Sequence record: PP582174.1
DNA length: 42,434 nucleotides
Origin: Enterococcus phage vB_Efm3_KEN20
Direction: 5' to 3' (one strand)
Shown: piece by piece, positions 35,423-42,434 of the stretch
Numbering within the stretch: position 1 is the first letter of the stretch
Layout: every line of letters begins with the position of its first letter
Translations under genes and position numbers: made by a program
The notes under the pieces: generated by a model
Database searches by the model: none
Seen by the model: the letters and a program-made list of their open reading frames with translations, nothing else
Told to the model about the DNA's origin: nothing

Positions 35423-35935
35423 ATGAAAGAAATTTGGAAAGACATTGAAGGGTATGAAGGATTATACCAAGTAAGTAACTTGGGGAGAGTGAAAAGAGTT
35501 ACAACAGGTAGGATTTTGAAAGGTGGTAAAGATAGAGGTGGCTATCTAATAGTTAGCTTATATAAAAACAATATTGAATCTAAAAAGTTAATTCATCGTC
35601 TAGTAGCTCAAGCTTTTATACCAAACACTGAGAATAAACCACAAGTTAATCATATAGACGAAGATAAAACAAATAATATGGTTTCAAATCTAAATTGGAT
35701 GACAGCTAAAGAAAACTCAAATCATGGAACACATAATGAAAGAATGAGTAAAACGAAAAGTATTCCAATCATTGTAACTGATATTAAAACTGGTGAATCT
35801 ACAGAGTTCAATAGTGGTAAAGAATGTGCTAGACAATTAGGTCTGCATAAGCAAGGTATTAGCGCAGTTCTAAAAGGTAAACTCAGACAAACTGGAGGCT
35901 ACACATTCAAATACTTAAATGAAGGAGTAGACTAA
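35423..35935 (+). CDS. HNH homing endonuclease, paralog E
   Basis: [26 protein letters not shown]...[35 protein letters not shown]...GGYTFKYLNEGVD; start at ATG 35423 (AAGGAGG). Confidence 0.8.
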   Translation: MKEIWKDIEGYEGLYQVSNLGRVKRVTTGRILKGGKDRGGYLIVSLYKNNIESKKLIHRLVAQAFIPNTENKPQVNHIDEDKTNNMVSNLNWMTAKENSNHGTHNERMSKTKSIPIIVTDIKTGESTEFNSGKECARQLGLHKQGISAVLKGKLRQTGGYTFKYLNEGVD

Positions 35936-35936
35936 C

Positions 35937-36155
35937 ATGACAATGAATATTGGAAACGTGGTAGAGTTAAAACGAGATAATTTAAACGGACTAGGCAATA
36001 AAGGCGATAAAGGAGTGCTATTATATAAGCTGTATGAACCAGTTGATGGATGGGAGCATATGGTTAAGTTATACAGCGGTTCAACAGAAGCCTTCCTAGA
36101 ACAAGATTTAAAATTAGCGGTTAAACACATTGACAAAGTGAACATTGCATGGTAA
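35937..36155 (+). CDS. Hypothetical protein
   Basis: 72 aa; RBS GAAGGAG. Confidence 0.5.
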   Translation: MTMNIGNVVELKRDNLNGLGNKGDKGVLLYKLYEPVDGWEHMVKLYSGSTEAFLEQDLKLAVKHIDKVNIAW

Positions 36156-36191
36156 AATTAACTCATAAGATAAAGAGAGGACGTAATTAAA

Positions 36192-36524
36192 ATGACTAAA
36201 CAAAATCCAGTATTAGAAACATTGAAGAAAATGAACGCACCACAACAGGAGGAAAAAGAAATGACTAACGATCAATTACAAAACGAAATCTTGAAGGAAA
36301 AATTAGCACAACTTAAAAGTATGAAAGAGGATTCTAATAAGCCAAGTTTGACTGTTTATTTATTGCTAGCACTCTTTTTAGGAGGTATTGGTGCGCATGA
36401 TTTCTACGTTGGTAAACCAGTAACAGGAGTTATCAAACTAGTGTTCTGTTGGACAGGCATTCCATCAATCGTAGCATTGTTTAATATTATTGGCGCTTTG
36501 ATGCACAAAGAAAATTTTAAATAG
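36192..36524 (+). CDS. TM2-domain membrane protein
   Basis: LLLALFLGGIGAHDFYVGKPVTGVIKLVFCWTGIPSIVALFNIIGALM matches the TM2 signature (two TM helices, GxHxFY). Confidence 0.5.
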   Translation: MTKQNPVLETLKKMNAPQQEEKEMTNDQLQNEILKEKLAQLKSMKEDSNKPSLTVYLLLALFLGGIGAHDFYVGKPVTGVIKLVFCWTGIPSIVALFNIIGALMHKENFK

Positions 36525-36537
36525 GAGGGAAAGTAAA

Positions 36538-36696
36538 ATGATTGGTGATTTTATTTTATGGCAAAAAAGAGTTTGGCACGAAATGTTCTGCATTCACGAC
36601 TACCATTGGGTGAGTGTTGAAGACAAGCCACATTTTCACCCAGTGATTGCTATATTAGTTTGTAAGAAGTGTGGAAGAAAACCAAGAGGCTATTAG
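36538..36696 (+). CDS. Hypothetical 52-aa Cys/His-rich protein
   Basis: MIGDFILWQKRVWHEMFCIHDYHWVSVEDKPHFHPVIAILVCKKCGRKPRGY; RBS TAGGAGGGA. Confidence 0.35.
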   Translation: MIGDFILWQKRVWHEMFCIHDYHWVSVEDKPHFHPVIAILVCKKCGRKPRGY

Positions 36697-36709
36697 GAGG
36701 GAAATTAAA

Positions 36710-36916
36710 ATGATGTATGTAGATAATTTAATTTTAACAGCTAAGGAAGAAGATGGGGTTATTGTAAATAGACACTTCAACGAGGTCTATATCAAAATTG
36801 ATGCAACTACAATTAGTGTTTTCAATCGCAAAAAAGAGGTTGCTAGATATGACTTAGATGATATCCTGTATATGCAAACACAAGTCCATCCCAGACAGTT
36901 TAGAATGTTCCAATGA
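36710..36916 (+). CDS. Hypothetical protein
   Basis: Start at ATG 36710 (GGAGGGAAA upstream); the ORF-track start is a GTG without an RBS. Confidence 0.5.
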   Translation: MMYVDNLILTAKEEDGVIVNRHFNEVYIKIDATTISVFNRKKEVARYDLDDILYMQTQVHPRQFRMFQ

Positions 36917-36976
36917 GACACTCAATAGAGAGTTTCATAGAGTTTATACTTTGCACTTGTGTATTAGCAATTGATG

Positions 36977-36985
36977 TGGTATACT
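36977..36985 (+). promoter_or_regulatory. Extended -10 element TGgTATACT upstream of the polymerase gene
   Basis: Same -10 hexamer as the early promoters. Confidence 0.3.
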
Positions 36986-37017
36986 ATATTATATTCAAAC
37001 GAGAGAGGAAGTAAGGA

Positions 37018-39297
37018 ATGAAAAATATAGCAGAATTTAAAGGTGCTGAAAAGTTAGCAAGTAAGCTGTTAGAAATATTTGCAGCACTTGCTGGCAATGG
37101 TAAAAGCTTTGATCCACTAGTAGAAGGTGTCCACCAAGTTGTAGTCATTAAATCAGAGGAACGCTTATCTGCAAAAGGTAAAAAAATGCGTGAGATTAAA
37201 GTACGCAGCACAAAAGATGGACGTGACGCAACGTTTTATATCATGAAGTTTCGTAAACAAGACTGGAAAACGTGGGAAAATATTGAAGTAGGTCAGGAGT
37301 TAAACATTACTCTAAAATACACCAATGGTTTCCCCAACGTAACCATTAACCAAAAAGGATCAGTTATTGACATCTTACCTGATAAACCAAACACAGCCTT
37401 AACAAATCAAACTATTTATATTTATGATATTGAAGTATTTAAAAAAGATAATTTATTTGTTTTCAGAGATTACTTTACAAAAGAGTGGACAGTTATTCAT
37501 AATGATTTAGACGCTTTACGTAAGTTCTATCTTGCGAATAGAGATTCATTGTTTGTTGGGTATAACTCACACTCATATGATTCTAATGTCATGCGTGCAT
37601 ATTTACAAGGTAAAAACCCCTTTCATGTGTCAAAAGCAATCATTGAAAGTGATGATAGAGGGTTAGTTTATAAGATGTTTGATACTAAGAAAACACCACT
37701 TTTTGGAATGGATTTATATCAAGACAATAGAGGATTCAGCTTAAAAGAGCATAGTGCTTTCATGGGTATCAACATTAAAGAAACTGAGGTGGATTTTGAT
37801 TTAGATAGAGAACTTACAGAAGAAGAGCAAGTATTGAATGAACTTTACTGTAAGAATGATGTGTTAGCTACTGAAAAACGTTTTGAACAAAATATAGGCA
37901 TGTTAGTAGCTAAGGCTGCAATTGCCTTATACTTTGGTTTAGATAAAATGGCTCTGTCAATGACAAACGCAAACTTGACTGCTGAACTATTAGGAGCAGA
38001 AAAGACGCCTGATAGAGGTGATGAGTTAGATAAGTATGAACTACCAGAAGGATTTAAAATTGAATCAGAGACCATCCGTCAGGCGTTTATGACAGATGAA
38101 TTTGAAGCTAATGATAAAGGACATGCTAGTATTTCATTAGATGTACCACGTAGAGACGTAACAGAGGTTTTAGGGGTAGGTGGGATACACGGTGCTAAGG
38201 AGTCATTTATTCATGTAGGTAACTTCCATGCACGTGACGTAGGTTCTCTATATCCAAACACAATGGTATTGTTTGACTACTTATCAAGAAACATTCCAGA
38301 AGATAAACGGCATATCTATCAAATGTTATTAGATGAACGCATGGAAGCCAAGTATTCTAATAAAGAATTTACTGAAATTAAAGGCGTTCAAATTCCAACA
38401 AAGTTGCTAATTAATGGTTATAAACTACCTTTAAACACGAAATATGGTGCAATGGGAGCTGAGTTTAATAAACTGTATGATCCACGTATGCGGTTGTTAG
38501 TATGTATCACTGGTCAGATGGCAATGTGGGATTTGCTAGAAAAGATTGAAAACCATGCTACTATTATTCAATCAAACACAGACGCACATTATTATATTCC
38601 ATTTAGTGAGGAAGATGAAAAAGCCATTGATGAGATTGCAAATGATTGGATGAAACGGACAGGGTACACCTTAGACGATGATCCATTTAAAGCTATTTTC
38701 CAGAAGGATGTAAATAATTACTTGGCAGTTACATCAGATGGTAAAGTGAAATTTAAAGGCGCTATTGGTTTAACAAATGGATTGAAGGTGTCTAAAGCCA
38801 TTGTGTCAAATGCGTTTATTAACTATGTCGTATCAGGAAAAGATTATAAAGAATTTATTTATGAGTGTGACGAACTACGTCAGTTTCAAATGATTACTAA
38901 AACTGGCTGGACGTTTGATGATACTATTGTACGTGATAGTGAAGGTAATGAAATGAAAGCACAAAAAGTGAATCGTACCTTTGCAATAAAAGACCCTAAT
39001 AAAGCTGTTGAAATATTCAAGGTGAAACGAGGAGCTGTAATTGAAGAGGAAGGCACAACGATTGTTGGTGATGATTCATACACTAAAGGATTAGCTAACG
39101 CACCTGAGTATTATGCGATTGACAATGAAGCTATTTGTGAAGGATGGATTACTTTAGATGATATTGATAAAGAGTACTATATAAACCAAGTGGAAGACCT
39201 ATTATTGCTATGGTTTGGCACAAATTGGCAAGAGCGTATTGAACAGGCGCATAGTCAGATGAAAGAATTTCCAGAAGTTAAAAATTATATTGACTAA
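37018..39297 (+). CDS. DNA polymerase with 3'-5' exonuclease and family-B-like polymerase motifs
   Basis: 759 aa; exonuclease-like IYIYDIEVF / FVGYNSHSYDSNV / YCKNDV; pol motif A DVGSLYPNTM, motif B KLPLNTKYG, motif C-like QSNTDA. Confidence 0.6.
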   Translation: MKNIAEFKGAEKLASKLLEIFAALAGNGKSFDPLVEGVHQVVVIKSEERLSAKGKKMREIKVRSTKDGRDATFYIMKFRKQDWKTWENIEVGQELNITLKYTNGFPNVTINQKGSVIDILPDKPNTALTNQTIYIYDIEVFKKDNLFVFRDYFTKEWTVIHNDLDALRKFYLANRDSLFVGYNSHSYDSNVMRAYLQGKNPFHVSKAIIESDDRGLVYKMFDTKKTPLFGMDLYQDNRGFSLKEHSAFMGINIKETEVDFDLDRELTEEEQVLNELYCKNDVLATEKRFEQNIGMLVAKAAIALYFGLDKMALSMTNANLTAELLGAEKTPDRGDELDKYELPEGFKIESETIRQAFMTDEFEANDKGHASISLDVPRRDVTEVLGVGGIHGAKESFIHVGNFHARDVGSLYPNTMVLFDYLSRNIPEDKRHIYQMLLDERMEAKYSNKEFTEIKGVQIPTKLLINGYKLPLNTKYGAMGAEFNKLYDPRMRLLVCITGQMAMWDLLEKIENHATIIQSNTDAHYYIPFSEEDEKAIDEIANDWMKRTGYTLDDDPFKAIFQKDVNNYLAVTSDGKVKFKGAIGLTNGLKVSKAIVSNAFINYVVSGKDYKEFIYECDELRQFQMITKTGWTFDDTIVRDSEGNEMKAQKVNRTFAIKDPNKAVEIFKVKRGAVIEEEGTTIVGDDSYTKGLANAPEYYAIDNEAICEGWITLDDIDKEYYINQVEDLLLLWFGTNWQERIEQAHSQMKEFPEVKNYID

Positions 39298-39301
39298 ACA
39301 C

Positions 39302-39330
39302 TTGACACCTCTTAACTGAGGTGTTATACT
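39302..39330 (+). promoter_or_regulatory. Sigma-A-type promoter TTGACA-N17-TATACT with spacer palindrome ACACCTCttaacTGAGGTGT
   Basis: Exact consensus; 7-bp inverted repeat in the spacer; shares the 5'UTR ttaat(a/t)aagttaagaggagga with the other early promoters. Confidence 0.6.
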
Positions 39331-39359
39331 TAATTAATAAGTTAAGAGGAGGAATTAAA

Positions 39360-39545
39360 ATGAAAAAAGTGTATATTGTAATTGATACAGAAATTTGGTG
39401 TAACGTTGCAGTAGGTTTTACTGAAAAGCAAGTCATAGAACAGACAATGAAGCAGGATGTTTATTTTGCAACAGAGCAATCCTTCCATGAAAATTTTGGA
39501 GATAGATACTGTGTAGAAACTTGGGAAGTTGAGGAGGAAGAATAA
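39360..39545 (+). CDS. Hypothetical acidic protein
   Basis: Start at ATG 39360 downstream of the promoter; the ORF-track start lies upstream of the predicted transcription start. Confidence 0.5.
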   Translation: MKKVYIVIDTEIWCNVAVGFTEKQVIEQTMKQDVYFATEQSFHENFGDRYCVETWEVEEEE

Positions 39546-39766
39546 TGATTAAAATTTATACTAAAAACAACTGCATGCCTTGCAAAATGACGAAGAACTG
39601 GTTTAAAGGCAAAGGACACACCTTCACTGAGGTGAATGTAGATGATAACCTAGAAGGGTTAAATGAATTACTTACTATGAACCTAAGAACACTACCTGTA
39701 GTGTTTAAAGATGATGAGTTTGTGAGTATGGGGTTTGCACCAAATAAATGGGAAGAATTTAAGTAG
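39545..39766 (+). CDS. nrdH: NrdH-like glutaredoxin (CxxC redoxin)
   Basis: 73 aa, IKIYTKNNCMPCKMTK...LPVVF thioredoxin-fold pattern with a CMPC active site; RBS GGAGGAAG. Confidence 0.6.
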   Translation: MIKIYTKNNCMPCKMTKNWFKGKGHTFTEVNVDDNLEGLNELLTMNLRTLPVVFKDDEFVSMGFAPNKWEEFK

Positions 39767-39808
39767 GGAGGAAGATTAGTGTTGAAGAACACACTTATTT
39801 CTCTAAAA

Positions 39809-39846
39809 AAGTGTGTTCTTCACGAGCATTCTAAGCACTTTAAATT
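39809..39846. repeat. Direct repeat R1 (~38 bp) at the 3' flank of the lysis cassette; partner at 41553-41589
   Basis: agtgtgttcttcacgagcattctaagcacttttaaatt versus agtgtgtctctcacgagcattttaaggcgtttaaatt; cores TCACGAGCATT and TTTAAATT are identical; R1 also forms an inverted repeat with 39783-39793. Confidence 0.6.
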
Positions 39847-39882
39847 AATCAAACAATGTAATTACCCAATTAAATACAAAAG

Positions 39883-39910
39883 AAAACCACTGGACTAACC
39901 AGTGGTTTTT
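39883..39910. terminator. Bidirectional intrinsic terminator aaaaccactgg-actaa-ccagtggtttt at the convergence of the two arms
   Basis: 11-bp perfect stem flanked by A-run and T-run between nrdH (+) and the endolysin (-). Confidence 0.75.
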
Positions 39911-39912
39911 TG

Positions 39913-40890
39913 TTATAAGCTCAAATAGATTGAGTCAATTCGTACATCGTTTACTGCACCTTCACCATTAGATTTATTAGCTCTACGTAAAATCACATCT
40001 ACTTTTTTACCTTTGAACTGGTTCTTATTGACTGTTACATCAAAACCAAGTTCTTGTCCACCTTGATAACCGTATGCTTTCTTCACGTCTGGGCGTTTAA
40101 TGCCAGCAGATTGAACACGTGTCAACTCTTTACCAGTGCCATGTTGCATAAAGATGACATACGCATATTTTCCAATTGGACCTTGTGGTTTATCAGGAAC
40201 TAACCAACCAGCCACACGAATTTGGTCTTTACCATGACCATTAAAGTAATCAAGTTTACCCCATGCATTACCTTGATGTTTTGCTGGACTTGCAGCTACT
40301 GCCTTATCATGTTGACTAGGTGTTGAAGGCTTAGATGGTGTTGGTGCTGGCGCTGGAGAAGGTTTGTTGTTACTTTTAGCGTTAGCCACATCACTTCTAA
40401 ACTGAGCTAGATTGATACCCCATTTAGCAAGATATGGAATAGGGTCAACATGGTCAGAACCATTATTTGGTTGATTATGTGTTGCATAGTTATGTGTGAT
40501 GATACCAGTGTTACCTTGGTCAACGGTGGTAGGTAAGCCTGCTTGTTTTGCTAAGTCATGCAATAACTCACAATAAATCTTATAATCACGCATGAACTCA
40601 TCTCTATTAGAGTGGGATTCAATTAATTCAACTGAAGCATAACCCCATTGATTCCAACCTCCACCAACATCCCATGCGCCACGATTAACTTCAGCTAGTT
40701 GGATTACACGTCCATTACCTACAAGGTGAGTATAAAAACCAGTGTTGATGTCTTTAGTCTGAAAATAATCTGCCTCGTTTTGTGCTGTACTACGTGGGTT
40801 ACCTGTACTGTGGGCGTGTACTTGACCATATGGAGCATATCCAACTTGAGGCAACCCTGGTCTAATTCGTCTTTCTACTTTATAAGCCAT
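39913..40890 (-). CDS. Endolysin: N-acetylmuramoyl-L-alanine amidase (Amidase_2/PGRP domain) with Pro/Ser/Ala linker and C-terminal cell-wall-binding domain
   Basis: 325 aa; N-terminal PGRP-like catalytic region (..HSTGNP..), linker [16 protein letters not shown], distinct C-terminal domain; last gene of the lysis cassette. Confidence 0.8.
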   Translation of the reverse strand: MAYKVERRIRPGLPQVGYAPYGQVHAHSTGNPRSTAQNEADYFQTKDINTGFYTHLVGNGRVIQLAEVNRGAWDVGGGWNQWGYASVELIESHSNRDEFMRDYKIYCELLHDLAKQAGLPTTVDQGNTGIITHNYATHNQPNNGSDHVDPIPYLAKWGINLAQFRSDVANAKSNNKPSPAPAPTPSKPSTPSQHDKAVAASPAKHQGNAWGKLDYFNGHGKDQIRVAGWLVPDKPQGPIGKYAYVIFMQHGTGKELTRVQSAGIKRPDVKKAYGYQGGQELGFDVTVNKNQFKGKKVDVILRRANKSNGEGAVNDVRIDSIYLSL

Positions 40891-40906
40891 ATTATCACTC
40901 TCTTTC

Positions 40907-41188
40907 TTATTTCTTTGGTTCTGTATAATTTAATGCTTTTTCACTATCTGTAATACCTTTAGTTGTTGGGTCTGGAATCATGTTCAATGCATTAATCACC
41001 GTTAGTCCTAAAACGTATGGGTTACTAATTGCACGAACCAACACATCTAACAATGTATCAAAGGATGTAATATCCTCAAACTTCAAACCAAAGTAAGCTA
41101 GGATAGGTACTGCTAATGCTCCAATAAAACGCAAGATAAATGTTAGGTTGTCTTTGCTAAAACGAACTTTCCAGTTGATTTTTTTCAT
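40907..41188 (-). CDS. Holin (LL-H/phage_holin_1-like, 2 TM)
   Basis: 93 aa; ...[38 protein letters not shown] is a characteristic C-terminal region of this holin family. Confidence 0.6.
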   Translation of the reverse strand: MKKINWKVRFSKDNLTFILRFIGALAVPILAYFGLKFEDITSFDTLLDVLVRAISNPYVLGLTVINALNMIPDPTTKGITDSEKALNYTEPKK

Positions 41189-41200
41189 TCTACATCACTC

Positions 41201-41488
41201 CTATTTCATAAATAAGGATAAACCAATACTAATTAATGCACCAATAACTGCGCCAACAGTTGTACGTGTTAGCCATGTATAGCTGTTTTTGAGGTCAGCT
41301 AATGCCTCTCTATTCTGCATGGACATGCTATACGCCTTATCTGCTTTCTCAGATTGGCGTTCTAAGCGGCTACCATACTCTTTCAAGTCAGCTTTAATCT
41401 CAGGTATATCATTCAACTTTACCTCAATTCTTGCTAACTGTTCTTTCAATGAAACAAACTCCTTATCATTTAAGTTCATAGCAAACAC
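41201..41488 (-). CDS. XhlA-like holin/hemolysin-family membrane protein
   Basis: 95 aa; N-terminal coiled-coil and single C-terminal TM (TTVGAVIGALISIGLSLFMK); RBS AGGAG. Confidence 0.5.
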   Translation of the reverse strand: MFAMNLNDKEFVSLKEQLARIEVKLNDIPEIKADLKEYGSRLERQSEKADKAYSMSMQNREALADLKNSYTWLTRTTVGAVIGALISIGLSLFMK

Positions 41489-41528
41489 TCCTATTCATTT
41501 ATCACCTCGTTTCCTAGGTCTGTAATCA

Positions 41529-41537
41529 TTATATCAT
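41529..41537 (-). promoter_or_regulatory. Extended -10 promoter TGaTATAAT (minus strand) for the lysis cassette
   Basis: Same -10 as the leftward early promoter at ~20790; lies ~15-25 nt downstream of repeat R2. Confidence 0.4.
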
Positions 41538-41552
41538 CTATATAAGCGAAAT

Positions 41553-41589
41553 AGTGTGTCTCTCACGAGCATTTTAAGGCGTTTAAATT
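41553..41589. repeat. Direct repeat R2, partner of R1 (39809-39846), at the 5' flank of the lysis cassette
   Basis: See R1; occupies roughly -60 to -25 relative to the lysis promoter. Confidence 0.6.
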
Positions 41590-41626
41590 TTGTTAGGTGA
41601 GTGATTATGCGTTTAAAAGCAAATAA

Positions 41627-41651
41627 AGAACTCTCATTTAGAGAGTTCTTC
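41627..41651 (-). terminator. Hairpin aagaactctc-attta-gagagttctt
   Basis: 10-bp perfect stem overlapping the stop of the 81-aa gene. Confidence 0.5.
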
Positions 41652-41879
41652 TAGTTCGTTAATTCTTTTTTCTAAGTCTGTAATACGCTTATTAAGAACG
41701 CTAACTTCGTCACTAACCCATTCTCCTTTTAACCAATCAAATCTTGGATTAATTAGTGAAGAGGCTGGCTTTAATCTTGTGAATGGATAACTAACTGGCA
41801 AGCTTTCAGGTACAATATAAACATTATAATATTTACCTTCTTCATTCATATTGTCTAAAGTTTCATAAATTTCAATCAT
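41634..41879 (-). CDS. Hypothetical 81-aa protein downstream of the receptor-binding protein (XkdX-like position)
   Basis: RBS AAAGGAGAG; C-terminal coiled-coil LNKRITDLEKRINELEELSK. Confidence 0.5.
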   Translation of the reverse strand: MIEIYETLDNMNEEGKYYNVYIVPESLPVSYPFTRLKPASSLINPRFDWLKGEWVSDEVSVLNKRITDLEKRINELEELSK

Positions 41880-41897
41880 TAATATCTCTCCTTTTTA

Positions 41898-42434
41898 TTA
41901 TGCTAAAGCCCAAGCTTGATTAGTAAAATAAGTTACTGATCCTTGATAGCTCTCAGTACTTGTTGACCCTCCAGGTACTGATGGAATATAAATAAAGTTG
42001 AATGAAGGATCAGTATATAATGAAACAAATGAGCCACGATTACCCGTTGAAGCTAGATAGGTTGAGGAATCAAGATAACTATATGGTCTATACCCGTTAG
42101 GAATGTTTGATAATGTGACCCATCCGTTTGCGGTTAATCTGTCAAACTTAATAGCAGCTGTCACTATTTGTCCAAAACGTCTATACTCAATACGACCGTT
42201 AGCGTAGTTTGTTGTATTTGGAATTGTTACAATCCGTTGCTTAATACCACTCATTGATTCTAATAACTTAGCATCTAACACGCCATTATACGTACCAGTG
42301 CTATCACTTAAGTTCAATTGTAGTAATCCACCAGAAAGTTGTGCGCTACTCTCACTCGTTTTAGTACCTTCTTCATTGTACAGTTTTTGTCTAACTTCCA
42401 GAGACCCTCTAGTCAAGTATGCTTCATTGTCTGC
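41898..42434 (-). CDS. Tail fibre / receptor-binding protein, C-terminal part of the wrap-around gene that starts at 535
   Basis: Frame continuous with 1..535 through the 127-bp duplicated ends; the ORF-track 'start' is an internal TTG. Confidence 0.6.
   Translation of the reverse strand, partial: ADNEAYLTRGSLEVRQKLYNEEGTKTSESSAQLSGGLLQLNLSDSTGTYNGVLDAKLLESMSGIKQRIVTIPNTTNYANGRIEYRRFGQIVTAAIKFDRLTANGWVTLSNIPNGYRPYSYLDSSTYLASTGNRGSFVSLYTDPSFNFIYIPSVPGGSTSTESYQGSVTYFTNQAWALA

Noticed and set aside
39778-39846. Possible small ORF starting GTG 39778 after a GGGAGG downstream of nrdH
   Set aside because: Careful reading shows an in-frame TAA after 21 codons (cacttt-taa). Treated as non-coding; the region is better explained by repeat R1.
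1-42434. CRISPR arrays, tRNA/tmRNA genes, integrase/attP, CI-like repressor
   Set aside because: No spaced direct-repeat arrays, no cloverleaf-like GC-rich ~75-nt segments, and no tyrosine/serine recombinase or HTH-peptidase repressor ORFs were found on either strand.

Overview
This window is a complete, circularly closed ~42.3-kb genome of a tailed dsDNA phage (siphovirus-type) from a low-GC Gram-positive host. Positions 1-127 are an exact copy of 42308-42434, so the contig has been circularised. I found no integrase or repressor, which points to a virulent lifestyle. The HNH-cos-TerS/TerL layout indicates cos-type packaging. Overall layout and size resemble Enterococcus Efquatrovirus-like phages, but that is a hypothesis only. 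The genome has two arms. The leftward arm (minus strand, ~20754 down through 1 and wrapping to 39913) runs: small early-left genes, packaging HNH, candidate cos, HNH, TerS, a ~470-nt GC-rich untranslated structured region, TerL, a small membrane protein, portal, protease, capsid, connectors, tail tube, chaperones with a -1 frameshift, TMP, Dit, Tal, a receptor-binding protein that wraps the contig end, an 81-aa protein, and then two holins and an amidase. The rightward arm (plus strand, 21264-39766) carries replication genes among many small ORFs: a D5/P4-type primase-helicase, Prim-Pol, a SNF2/DEAH helicase, a VRR-NUC nuclease, an MBL-fold hydrolase, an SSB-tail protein, a family-B-like DNA polymerase and NrdH. 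It also carries at least five full-length NUMOD4/HNH homing-endonuclease paralogs plus degenerate copies. The two arms use different promoter classes. The late arm is cut into units by repeated 'hairpin - T-run - TGTGYTATAAT' terminator/promoter cassettes. The early arm uses TTGACA-N17-TATACT promoters with short palindromes in the spacer. The items most worth a second look are the structured RNA candidate between terS and terL, the HNH cassette family whose 3' ends supply the ribosome-binding site of the downstream gene, the divergent control region full of TGACA half-sites, and a ~38-bp direct repeat flanking the lysis cassette. No tRNA or CRISPR array was seen.
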